From Desulfobacterales bacterium (GTDB lineage: Bacteria > Desulfobacterota > Desulfobacteria > Desulfobacterales > UBA11574), in contig JAZFVY010000162.1 in the NCBI GenBank assembly GCA_036447975.1, positions 1 to 28,794 of the forward strand: a stretch of DNA of 28,794 nt, read 5' to 3'. The notes under the pieces are model-generated. The model was not told the DNA's origin, ran no database searches, and was given only the letters and a program-made list of their open reading frames with translations. The position numbers and the translations under genes are program-made. Positions 9,350 to 18,200 of this stretch are shown here, one piece after another. Positions within the stretch are counted from its first letter, which is position 1, and each line of letters begins with the position of its first letter.

Positions 9350-10738
9350 CTAATAAAGCATGCCCTGTTCAACTTCACCGATTGTTTCATCCAAGATATC
9401 AAGCGCGCGGTCCATCTCCTCCCGGCTGATAACCAAGGCCGGTCTTAAGGTGATGATATTTCCTTCAATGGTCTTGAACGCAAGCCCTTTCTCCATGCAC
9501 TTATACATTATAATTTCCGCTTCATCAATAGCCCGTTCTTTCGTTTTTCTGTCCTTAACCAAGTCTATTCCTATGTGCAGGCCTACGCCTGACACGCTGC
9601 CGATAAGGGGGTGCGTTGCCTTCATATTATTCAATCTTTTGAGGGTATATTCTCCGAGTTCGGCGGCATGGGCATCTAGTCCGTTTTTTTCGATATACTC
9701 AATTTCAGCAAGGGCGGCAGCCGAACAAAGTGCGTTTTTCTCATGGGTGTAATGTCCGATTGATCGATCCTGGCACACATCATAGCATTGCCGAGTAACT
9801 ATCCCTGCAAAAGGAACAAGCCCGCCACCCATGGATTTCCCGAGAACGAGAATATCTGGTGTCAGGAAATGTTCACTGGCAAACATCTTTCCGGTTCGGC
9901 CGAATCCTTCAATGATCTCATCAAAGATCAGCAGTGTGCCATACTGCTCGCATAAGGTTTTTACACCCTCCCAATATCTTGCACTGGGGACCACCGGAGC
10001 CGCTGAGATGGGCTCCCCGACTATAGCGGCCACGCCCGGCTCCCTCTCCAGTATCAGCTCAATCTGCCTGAGGCACTCGGCATCCACATCTTCTTGTCTT
10101 TTAAAGCCCCAGGGATTTCGATAATAATTGGGAAATTCAACATGCAATGCACCCGGCATCATGGGCCCCATGCCGCCTTTGAAGTGCTCTTCCCCACCAA
10201 TGCTGGCGGCCGCGAACCCGGCACCATGGAATGAATCCCAAAATGAGATGGTTTTGAAATTTCCTGTTACCTGCTTTGCAAGCGCTAAGGCCATTTCAAC
10301 GGCCTCAGAACCTCCAGGGCAGAAAAGCGATTTACATAAATCTCCCGGAGTTATCTCTGCCAGTTTTTTAGCCAAACTGACAGTGGGTATATTTGTATAC
10401 CTTCTGGGGCAAAATGTCATCTTGGCATCCAACTGCCTTTTTACCGCTTGAATAACTTCGGGATTATTAAATCCTGCATTATGAACGCCGTTGCCGTGCA
10501 TATCGATATATTTATTCCCGTTAATATCTTCGATATATATGCCGTGGGCCCTGGACAACACATTTAATACCGGAGTCGACAGGCTCTGATGCAAAAAATA
10601 CTTGTTATCTTCGTTAAAAATGTCTCGGGTCTGGCCCAATAAATTCCTGTCCCAATATTTTTTCCTGTTCGGCGTTGTGTTTACATCTCCTTGCTCTCTT
10701 TCAATACGTTTTTCTTTTTTCATTTGTTGCATCCGCAT
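9350..10738 (-). CDS. Class-III PLP enzyme, PbfA-like paralogue
   Basis: EQGDVNTTPNR...HQSLSTP...GIYIED...MHGNGVH, SFHGAGF, FDEI, PLP lysine in LGKSMGGG, and GHYTHEKN. Same subfamily as 11026-12384 but divergent at several conserved positions. Confidence 0.85.
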   Translation of the reverse strand: MRMQQMKKEKRIEREQGDVNTTPNRKKYWDRNLLGQTRDIFNEDNKYFLHQSLSTPVLNVLSRAHGIYIEDINGNKYIDMHGNGVHNAGFNNPEVIQAVKRQLDAKMTFCPRRYTNIPTVSLAKKLAEITPGDLCKSLFCPGGSEAVEMALALAKQVTGNFKTISFWDSFHGAGFAAASIGGEEHFKGGMGPMMPGALHVEFPNYYRNPWGFKRQEDVDAECLRQIELILEREPGVAAIVGEPISAAPVVPSARYWEGVKTLCEQYGTLLIFDEIIEGFGRTGKMFASEHFLTPDILVLGKSMGGGLVPFAGIVTRQCYDVCQDRSIGHYTHEKNALCSAAALAEIEYIEKNGLDAHAAELGEYTLKRLNNMKATHPLIGSVSGVGLHIGIDLVKDRKTKERAIDEAEIIMYKCMEKGLAFKTIEGNIITLRPALVISREEMDRALDILDETIGEVEQGMLY

Positions 10739-10829
10739 TTAAGCCTCCTTTATATCTATATCCATAATCGAAAGAATGGCATGATTTTCTTATATTTCCG
10801 TCGCATTAAGGATAATTTAGGAGGAATAC

Positions 10830-10875
10830 CTAAATCAAGCTAAATTATTTAATAGATTTTATAACCGCAGGTGAT
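10830..10875 (-). promoter_or_regulatory. LysR-type box plus -35-like element for the pbfA-like/phnA/EamA operon
   Basis: Minus strand ATCACctgcgGTTAT (10861-10875), 22 bp spacer, then TTGATTTAG (10830-10838). Confidence 0.6.
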
Positions 10876-10902
10876 ACGAATTTTTCCGATGTTGACCTGG
10901 AG

Positions 10903-10948
10903 ATAACTTTTCGTTATTAATGACATGATAATTATTTCTTTGACTTAT
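10903..10948 (+). promoter_or_regulatory. LysR-type box plus -35-like element for pbfA
   Basis: ATAACttttcGTTAT (10903-10917), 22 bp spacer, then TTGACTTAT (10940-10948). Confidence 0.7.
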
Positions 10949-11025
10949 ATTATATAGGGTATAAAAATATAAATTTAAGGATACACGACAAAATCTTCAT
11001 AATATTAGAGTAATGGGGTTGGATT

Positions 11026-12384
11026 ATGGATAAGTTGCACAAATCCGAAGGCGATATTAACATTTCCCACAGGCGGGACAGATGGCAGGCAGAGAACCTC
11101 GTCGACGAGACTCGATCTCTTTTGGCGGAAGACACCCGCTACTTTCTTAAACAATCACTTTCAACACCATGCCTGAACGCCATACGAAAGTGCGAGGGCA
11201 TCTATATAGAAGACATACAGGGCCGGCGATACATGGACTTTCACGGAAACAATGTCCATCAAGTCGGCTTTGCCAACCCGGACGTCATTGAAGCCGTCAA
11301 AAAACAGCTCGATGAACTTTCCTTTTGTACCCGGCGGTATACCAACCGCATTGCCGTGGATCTGGCCGGGAAGCTGGTCAATATCGCTCCCGGCGATTTG
11401 AACAAGGTGTTATTGTGTCCGGGAGGAACGGGGGCTGTAGGCATAGCCCTGAAGCTCGCACGGATTGTTACCGGCAGACACAAAACGATATCCATGTGGG
11501 ATTCGTTCCACGGGGCTTCCCTGGACGCCATCTCCATCGGCGGCGAGGCTGTTTTTCGTCAGAACATTGGCCCCCTGCTTCCCGGCACCGAGCATGCGCC
11601 GCCGCCTGACGAGTATCGCTGCGTTTTTGGTTGCCAAAGCCGCGGCGGCTGCGATCTGACGTGCGCAAAATACGTTGAGTACATCCTCGAAAAGGAAGGA
11701 GACATTGCCGCGGTGATATCCGAACCGGTTCGCAGCACGCCTTTTATTCCCAAGCCCGAATACTGGCAAGCAATCCGCCGCGCCTGCGATCGACATGGCG
11801 CTTTGCTCATCTTCGATGAAATCCCCCATGCATTGGGTCGTACCGGCAAAATGTTTACGTTTGAAAACTTTGGCGTGGTGCCGGATATGGTCGTTATCGG
11901 CAAAGGCTTGGGCGGAGGTATTATCCCCCTGGCCGCGTTAATTGCCCGTGAAGACCTGGACGTGGCCGGCAACCGGGCATTAGGACATTATACCCACGAA
12001 AAAAACCCGGTGGCCTGTGCAGCGGCCCTGGCCACCATTGAATATATCGAAAGGCACGAGCTGGCGGCCCATGCTCGTAAACTGGGACAATACGCGCTGA
12101 TGCACATGAAGGAAATGATGAAGCGGCATCCGTTGATCGGGGACGTACGCGGACTCGGTCTTCTTATGGGGATAGAACTGGTGAAAGACAGGATAACCCG
12201 CGAGCGGGCCAGTGACGAAGCCGAGGCTGTTATGTATGCCGCTCTTTCAAAAGGCCTGAGTTTTAAACTGACCATGGGGAACATCATTACACTAACACCG
12301 GCCCTGACCATTACACATGATGAGATGGATACCGCTCTTAACATCATCGATAACTGTATCACCACAGTCGAGAAGGGGGCATGA
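11026..12384 (+). CDS. pbfA: (R)-1-hydroxy-2-aminoethylphosphonate ammonia-lyase (class-III PLP fold)
   Basis: Matches recalled PbfA motifs: SEGDIN, QSLSTPCL, EGIYIED..G..YMDFHGNNVHQ, WDSFHGASLDAISIGGE, IGKGLGGG, LGHYTHEKNP and EAEAVMY..L..GLSFK. Phosphonate gene context agrees. Confidence 0.85.
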   Translation: MDKLHKSEGDINISHRRDRWQAENLVDETRSLLAEDTRYFLKQSLSTPCLNAIRKCEGIYIEDIQGRRYMDFHGNNVHQVGFANPDVIEAVKKQLDELSFCTRRYTNRIAVDLAGKLVNIAPGDLNKVLLCPGGTGAVGIALKLARIVTGRHKTISMWDSFHGASLDAISIGGEAVFRQNIGPLLPGTEHAPPPDEYRCVFGCQSRGGCDLTCAKYVEYILEKEGDIAAVISEPVRSTPFIPKPEYWQAIRRACDRHGALLIFDEIPHALGRTGKMFTFENFGVVPDMVVIGKGLGGGIIPLAALIAREDLDVAGNRALGHYTHEKNPVACAAALATIEYIERHELAAHARKLGQYALMHMKEMMKRHPLIGDVRGLGLLMGIELVKDRITRERASDEAEAVMYAALSKGLSFKLTMGNIITLTPALTITHDEMDTALNIIDNCITTVEKGA

Positions 12385-12526
12385 GGCGCTTGCTGTTTAA
12401 AGGCTGGATCAAAGGCTTGAAACAATAATGCGAAGCGTTTTCTATCTTATTGAAGAATGAGCTTTATTCTAATATATTGTCTGCGAACTATCAGCCAACT
12501 CTTACAAAAACCGAAGGAGCACGAAC

Positions 12527-12936
12527 ATTATTAACCTTAGTGTCAACGTCAACAGGGTCGCCACTTTGCGTAACGCCCGAGGGGGGGGACGAGCCGAGCG
12601 TTGTCCGGGCCGCTCGCACCTGCATTGAGGCCGGATGCCAGGGAATTACCGTTCATCCCCGAGAGGATCAGCGCCACATCCGTACCGGTGAGTTCACGAT
12701 ATCGCCGCCATGTTATCTTCGAGTATAACATCGAGGGGGATCCTATGCCCGATCTGCTTGATTTGGCCATGGAAATCCGTCCTGCTCAGTTCACACTCGT
12801 TCCAGTCGAACCGGGAGAGATTACCTCGCACCACGGCTGGAACATCCAAAAGGACGAGAAAATTCTGAGTTTCGCTATCGAGCGCTTAAAAAAAGAAGGC
12901 ATCCGTGTGAGCCTTTTCATGGATGCAGATGCCAGC
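12527..12936 (+). pseudogene. pdxJ: Pyridoxine 5'-phosphate synthase remnant
   Basis: Three frames join to give (I)[19 protein letters not shown] / [32 protein letters not shown] / EYNIEGDP...QFTLVP...TSHHGW...GIRVSLFMDAD. The start codon reads ATT after RBS GAAGGAG. Frameshifts lie at the G8 run 12581-12588 and near 12690-12720. The C-terminal part is missing. Confidence 0.9.
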
Positions 12937-13180
12937 TGTTTACGCTCATTTAGGGTACAATATCTTTGTCCCTTGGAATGTGGACTTCCAACGACGCTAT
13001 CTGTTGTATGGGTAATTCCGGGCTAGTTACCGGTTTTTATGAGAGATCTATATAAGGAAAAGGGAGGTTACGTCAATTCTAATCCACACTATTAATAATA
13101 GTTTTGTAAAAGCAGGTGATATGTATTTAAAAAGAAAAAATGTGAAGAAAAATAGACAATTTTACATTGGAAGTTATAAA

Positions 13181-13381
13181 ATGAACGAGCCGGTCAATGA
13201 AGTTGAAATAATTCTTCGCTCAATGAAAGGAATTCTGGATATCGCCTGGCTTTTCAAAGAAGACCGACATCAGGTCATGCACCTGGAAAAACAGATCGAC
13301 AGTACGGCACCTCGGGACCTGGGTGAATATATTAATGAGGGTATCAAAAGCGTCTTCGGCAATATTCAGTCTGTCGTCTGA
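13181..13381 (+). CDS. Hypothetical protein or gene fragment colliding with the truncated acsE
   Basis: MNEPVNEVEIILRSMKGILDIAWLFKEDRH...NEGIKSVF has protein-like composition. Its 3' end overlaps the acsE remnant tail to tail. No family recognised. Confidence 0.35.
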   Translation: MNEPVNEVEIILRSMKGILDIAWLFKEDRHQVMHLEKQIDSTAPRDLGEYINEGIKSVFGNIQSVV

Positions 13382-13770
13382 GGCATACCTTTATCACTCA
13401 TGCACAGGGAGACTATCTTGAAGTCAGTGCCTGCAACCAGGAGCAAAAGAGCATTGTAGCGCTCCTTCTCAAGGGAGATAGAGTTGATCATAGGTGTACC
13501 TCGGTGGACCGTCAATACAGCTTCAATGGCCTTGGGATCGGGGCTGTCAATGCAACACGGCGCGTCAACGACCTCCTGGATCGTGACGACGAGCCACTTT
13601 AAGTCCTCGGCCTCCTTTCCGACAAAAATTCCCGCGTTTGCGTCGATGAAGTCTGCTCCGGCCTCCCTTTGACCTTTAGCCACTTTCTGAATGGCTTCAG
13701 CATCTTGAGCTTCAATTGCATCGGAAATGACTTTACGGCTGGCATTGATGAGCTCTCCTACGATAAGCAT
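13366..13770 (-). pseudogene. acsE: Methyltetrahydrofolate:corrinoid methyltransferase (AcsE/MeTr, pterin-binding), N-terminal half only
   Basis: MLIVGELINASRK, GADFIDANAG, CIDSPDPKAIEA, MINSISLE and LCMSDKGMP. It stops at 134 aa, about half the usual length. The shifted frame continues RLNIAED, then homology is lost. Confidence 0.85.
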
Positions 13771-13854
13771 TCTTAATTCCTCATAGGTTTATCTTTGTTG
13801 TTAGAAGCCAAATGGGGTTTTTTTCTTTTTGGCATTGTATCTGGTAAACCCACG

Positions 13855-14511
13855 TCAGTCTCGTTGACTCAGCAGCCTCTTGATAAGATCAACCGCGTCA
13901 ACAGCGGTCTTCCCGAATCCATCGGCTCCGATTTCATCAGCCCACTGCTGGCTGACCGGCCCACCGCCTACAATCACAAAATACTCATTGCGCAAGTTTT
14001 TCTCCTCAAGTATTTCAATGATCTCCTTCTGGGACGGCATGGTTGTAGTCATCAACGACGACAAGGCGATAACGTCGGCCTTAACCTTTCTGGCCTCTTC
14101 GATAAAATTCAGAGAAGGAACATCAACGCCGATGTCGACCACGGAAAAGCCGTTGGTCTTCAAAACCATGGATACGATGTTTTTGCCAAGGTTATGAACA
14201 TCACCCTTAACAGTCCCGATGAGCACCGTACCGGCCTTGGGGATCTCTTTGTTCTGGGCTTCAATTTCAGGCATCAGGATTTCCATGGCCGCGTTGAAGG
14301 TTGCGGCTGCCATCAAAAGTTCAGGCAAAAAGGATTCGCCCTGCTCAAAACTTTCGCCAACAATTGCCATTCCTTTGGAAAGCCCCAGTTCCACTACCTC
14401 TAAAGGATCAATATTGGCCTTAAGTGCGTCTCTGGCACTCTCCTGGATCTTATCCTGATCTCCATCGATAATGGATATGACTATATTTTTCATGAATTGT
14501 TTCTTACTCAT
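13855..14511 (-). CDS. Corrinoid protein, MtmC/MttC-like
   Basis: GLSKGMAIVGESFE.GE.FLPEL, GTVKGDVHNLGKNIV (DxHxxG), ALSSLMTTT, VGGGPV and IGADG. Directly downstream of the MtmB homologue. Confidence 0.95.
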   Translation of the reverse strand: MSKKQFMKNIVISIIDGDQDKIQESARDALKANIDPLEVVELGLSKGMAIVGESFEQGESFLPELLMAAATFNAAMEILMPEIEAQNKEIPKAGTVLIGTVKGDVHNLGKNIVSMVLKTNGFSVVDIGVDVPSLNFIEEARKVKADVIALSSLMTTTMPSQKEIIEILEEKNLRNEYFVIVGGGPVSQQWADEIGADGFGKTAVDAVDLIKRLLSQRD

Positions 14512-14543
14512 ACGTTTTCACCCCTCAACAGTCTTTTTTGATA

Positions 14544-15917
14544 TTATTCAAAAGGAATTCCCATTTCAGCCAGCTCTTCTTTTATCTCATGGTACAGCCG
14601 TACATAGGATTCGCCGGGTTTTCCCGTAACGACGTCGTAGCATTCCTGGTAACGGTTCCCGTCCGGGGCGGTTTCAATCTGGGATTCGTATTTTTCAAGA
14701 AGTTTGATGACCAGTGCGTTGGCTTCTTCCCGATTGAGCTGACAGGCAGCCTTGCCCATCTCCACACCGAATTTCGCTTCCATTGGAGTGATGCCGTCAA
14801 TCTTTACGGCCTTAAAGGGATGGGGTGTCTGAACCGCCGGGGCTCCGGATGTAACCGCACAAAGCAGGTGCGCAGCAGCTTCATAGAAATAGGTTTTTGT
14901 GTTGGGACCGCTTGCCATATATCCCAGCCAAATCACCGGCATGGGAATGTTCCGGCTGGCAGCCTGGCAGCTTGTCGATACTACCCAAAGGACATCTCTA
15001 TTTATAGAACAACCGTTTTTGAAATGGACCGGGAAACTGAGTTGGTAATTGCCCTTTTGCACTAAAAGACCCATGAGGATATAGGCCGTGCTCACCACCG
15101 CCGTTCCGGCCGGGCCGCCGCAGTAACCTCCCAACACGGGTGCTGTCTCCGCTCCCACATTTGCTCCCCAACTATGCAGGTAAGCGACCTTGTTCAGGGC
15201 TCCAAAATCTATCTTCATCTCGGAAAGTGCCCCGCACAACCAGCCATCTGTAGTACGGAGTCCAAACTGGGGGGCGCTTGCCGCAATGGTTGTTATAGCT
15301 GCTGCTGCCGTTGAAATAAGATTCATGATCGGAAGGCCCGGTCGCCCGGCCCGCCTGAGCGCTTCCCGGCCGATTTTGATCCCCCGGATGGCTGCATAAA
15401 ATTCCGCCGGAGAACCTGCCATGGCCGGAATTCCGCGGATGCTTTCCAAAGCTGAAATGCTGATGGAGTTGGCCTCGGAGATCGATCCGTATGCCTCTAT
15501 CAGATTCGTTGCCATTTCTTCGGATGTGGCCACGATTCCCGATCCCACATGAAACCAGGGGCGTTTCTTCTCATCAGGCCGCCGCATCCCAAACACGCAG
15601 GCCTCTTTGCCCTCGCCGGCAAAACAGCGGCCGGGAGCCTCCCTCAACACCTCTAGTATTTCCTCCCGGCTGAACTGGATTATCCGGTAAGTATCCTGGC
15701 AGTAAACCCCTACTTGACTCATGAAATCAACGGCAGCCTCGAACAAATTATCGGCCGCCATGTCATCTGAGGGAACCGGGTTCTCTTTGTTATAGTGAAT
15801 TCCGTAACGCTTAACCACCTCGTTGAGCCGGGGAATAAATACCTTGATGTCGAATTCCTCTTCGCTCATGATAGGCCCTTTCAACGCTCTCTCGTAAACA
15901 TCCAGAAAATTCAGCAT
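14544..15917 (-). CDS. Monomethylamine methyltransferase MtmB-family protein without pyrrolysine
   Basis: MtmB-like N-terminus (DVYERALKGP...FD...YGI), AGRPG, EMKID, P..GGY.GG, AGP.T and C-terminus A.DG..YQECYDV.T..P..Y..Y...KEEL..MG..F. The true start is probably ATG 15917 (RBS AAGGAGG), not 15944. The frame has no amber codon. Confidence 0.9.
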   Translation of the reverse strand: MLNFLDVYERALKGPIMSEEEFDIKVFIPRLNEVVKRYGIHYNKENPVPSDDMAADNLFEAAVDFMSQVGVYCQDTYRIIQFSREEILEVLREAPGRCFAGEGKEACVFGMRRPDEKKRPWFHVGSGIVATSEEMATNLIEAYGSISEANSISISALESIRGIPAMAGSPAEFYAAIRGIKIGREALRRAGRPGLPIMNLISTAAAAITTIAASAPQFGLRTTDGWLCGALSEMKIDFGALNKVAYLHSWGANVGAETAPVLGGYCGGPAGTAVVSTAYILMGLLVQKGNYQLSFPVHFKNGCSINRDVLWVVSTSCQAASRNIPMPVIWLGYMASGPNTKTYFYEAAAHLLCAVTSGAPAVQTPHPFKAVKIDGITPMEAKFGVEMGKAACQLNREEANALVIKLLEKYESQIETAPDGNRYQECYDVVTGKPGESYVRLYHEIKEELAEMGIPFE

Positions 15918-16089
15918 ACCTGTTCCTCCTTGACAATATGGCACTAAGATCCTGACCTTTCAGGTAACATCTCCCCTCTGGTACATTTTCAACCTCTTTA
16001 TTATGGCTTTCCAGTTGAAAGCCCTTTGCAATGCGAAAATAATTTCTCCTCAGAAAAAAACTTGTATTAACATTAATTTTATGAAAAAT

Positions 16090-16135
16090 ATAAATCAAAT
16101 TAAAAAATATCAGTTTTTCCATAACAACAGGTTAT
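16090..16135 (-). promoter_or_regulatory. LysR-type box plus -35-like element for the mtmB-like operon, abutting the LysR start
   Basis: Minus strand ATAACctgttGTTAT (16121-16135), 22 bp spacer, then TTGATTTAT (16090-16098). The box ends 5 bp before the LysR GTG. Confidence 0.75.
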
Positions 16136-16140
16136 GATTT

Positions 16141-17046
16141 GTGAATCTTAATCAGCTTAAAATCTTTTATCTGGCTGCCAAGCACGGTAACCTCAGCGCT
16201 GCGGCTGAAAAACTCAATATTACCCAGCCGGCCATGACAAAGGGAATCCAGCGACTCCAAGAACATTATGAAATTAAATTTTTCAACCGCTTTGGCAAAA
16301 AAATGGCCTTGACCGATGCGGGGGAGGTTCTTTATGAAATCGCTGAAAAAATCTTTGAAATGGAAAATCAGGCTGAAGAAAGTATCCGTGATTTCCAGCA
16401 ACAAAAAAGAGGACATATCCGGATCCATGCAAGTGAAAGCTTTGGTGCGTACTATCTTCCGGATATCATCGTTTCCTTCAGCAAATCAAACCCTAATATT
16501 CGTATCTCTGCAAACATCCTGCCCACCAACCAGGTCGCGGAAAACACCGCTATGCTCAAAAACGATCTGGGATTTATCTCCTATCCCGTTGAAAACGAAA
16601 AATTGGTGGTCAGAGAGGTCATAGAGGACCTTCTGGTGATCATTGTTCCGCCGGACCACCCTCTGGCGCAAAAGAAGTTAATTGAGCCCCAGTATCTGCA
16701 AGGCCAGCCCCTGATTATGCATGAAAAGGGCTCAGCCACCGAAGAGGCCTTTACCGCATATAAGCAAAAGAACAACGTGACCGCCACCGCCCGGTTGGAA
16801 CTTTCAAGCAACAGGTCTATTAAAACGGCAGTGGAAGGGGGAATAGGTATTGCCTTGATATCCCGACGGATCGCAAACAGTGAAATTCAAACGGGAAGAT
16901 TAGTTGCCGTCCCATTGTCCGATCAATCTATGAAGCATAAATATTACATGGTCCACCACAAAGATAAATATATTTCAGGGATGCTGAAGAAACTCATCGA
17001 AACGGCAGATCATTGGGTCTCGGAATATGCCAAAAGCCTTCCTTGA
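16141..17046 (+). CDS. LysR family transcriptional regulator
   Basis: MNLNQLKIF...GNLSAAAEKLNITQPAMTKGIQRLQEHY...FNRFGKKMALTDAGE, followed by a LysR substrate-binding domain; 301 aa. Confidence 0.97.
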   Translation: MNLNQLKIFYLAAKHGNLSAAAEKLNITQPAMTKGIQRLQEHYEIKFFNRFGKKMALTDAGEVLYEIAEKIFEMENQAEESIRDFQQQKRGHIRIHASESFGAYYLPDIIVSFSKSNPNIRISANILPTNQVAENTAMLKNDLGFISYPVENEKLVVREVIEDLLVIIVPPDHPLAQKKLIEPQYLQGQPLIMHEKGSATEEAFTAYKQKNNVTATARLELSSNRSIKTAVEGGIGIALISRRIANSEIQTGRLVAVPLSDQSMKHKYYMVHHKDKYISGMLKKLIETADHWVSEYAKSLP

Positions 17047-17110
17047 AAGTAATTGCAGTCTTAAAAAAAATAATAATCCTCAATCTTCAGTCGCATGCCC
17101 GCAAAACTGC

Positions 17111-17946
17111 TTAAGGATAAATTCCCCTCAGTTCGGTAGCCTTGGCAACGCGGCCAACCCCCAAGATATGGGCAGCAGTGCGCATATGCCCTTTCTTTTC
17201 CCGGGAAATTCTCAATACTTCATCAAAAGCCTGTGTCATAATCTTGTGCAGACTCTCGGAAACTTCTTCCTCAGGCCACAGGAGTTCCTGGAGATTTTGT
17301 ACCCATTCAAAGTAGGAAACCGTTACGCCGCCGGCGTTGGCCAGGATGTCCGGCACCACGAAAATTCCTCACTCAAAAAGGATGTCGTCCGCTTCCGGGG
17401 TTGTGGGGCCGTTGGCTCCTTCTACAACCATACGGCACTTTAACCCGGGTGCGTTCTCAGCCGTGATCTGATTCTCCAGGGCAGCCGGGACTAGAATATC
17501 ACAATCCAGTGCCAGCAGTTCTTCATTGCTAATCTCATCTCCTTCCGCTTCGTGGCTTAAAAAGCACTTATAGCGGTCTTTGCAGGCCGAGGCTTTTTCA
17601 ATGTCGAGTCCGTTTGGATTAAAAAGCCCCCCTTTGGCCTCTCCGAAGGGAATATTGACCACCGCTGCTTTCCAGCTCATCCGCATGGCAAGCGCCTTAA
17701 TTTCGTCTAAATCCACGTCAGGATGATACCGAATTCCTCCCTTGGCCGGTCCGCGAATATCGCTATGAACCACACGATAACCCGTAAACATTTTTAGACT
17801 CCCGTCATCCATTTTACGGGGAAATGAACGATCAGTTCCCGTTTTGTCTGGCTGAGTTTTTCCAGGAGTCCTTCGTCACAAGCCAAATATTGGCTAGCAA
17901 TGTTGCCCTGCTGCCTGGCCATTTGAAACGGATTCATCTTTTCCAT
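17111..17946 (-). pseudogene. Glu/Leu/Phe/Val dehydrogenase (glutamate dehydrogenase) remnant
   Basis: Start ATG 17946 (RBS AAGGAGG): MEKMNPFQMA...[11 protein letters not shown] -1 frameshift lies in the A-run at about 17813. Then MDDGS...GYRVVH...[12 protein letters not shown]...AKGG is joined in frame to LFNPNGLD, so the central region is deleted. An in-frame TGA at 17369-17371 falls in [19 protein letters not shown]. Confidence 0.92.
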
Positions 17947-18006
17947 TCCTACCTCCTTTTTTATGTCGATTAACTATTATCAAACATCAGTAGGAACTTT
18001 TTAAAT

Positions 18007-18052
18007 ATAAATCAAATTAATCTTTATCATATTTTTAATAACCATATGTTAT
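18007..18052 (-). promoter_or_regulatory. LysR-type box plus -35-like element upstream of the gdh remnant
   Basis: Minus strand ATAACatatgGTTAT (18038-18052), 22 bp spacer, then TTGATTTAT (18007-18015). Confidence 0.75.
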
Positions 18053-18200
18053 CTTTGCGGGGAAAGGTCTAACCCGAATATTTCATCCGGGTTAAACTTT
18101 TCGAGTGGTAGGGATGAGGGTTTGGAGATGCTGGGATATATACCGAATGTTAAGGGCAGGATCAGAGGTGCCTCTGCTTTTTAGCCACGCAGCAGCACCT

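Noticed and set aside
14544-15944. Pyrrolysine readthrough in the MtmB homologue
   Set aside because: The frame is open with Met at the Pyl-equivalent position, and no pyl genes are in the window.
17369-17371. Selenocysteine readthrough of the in-frame TGA in gdh
   Set aside because: The position corresponds to a basic residue in ERGI (likely CGA to TGA), not a Cys, and the gene has other disabling lesions.
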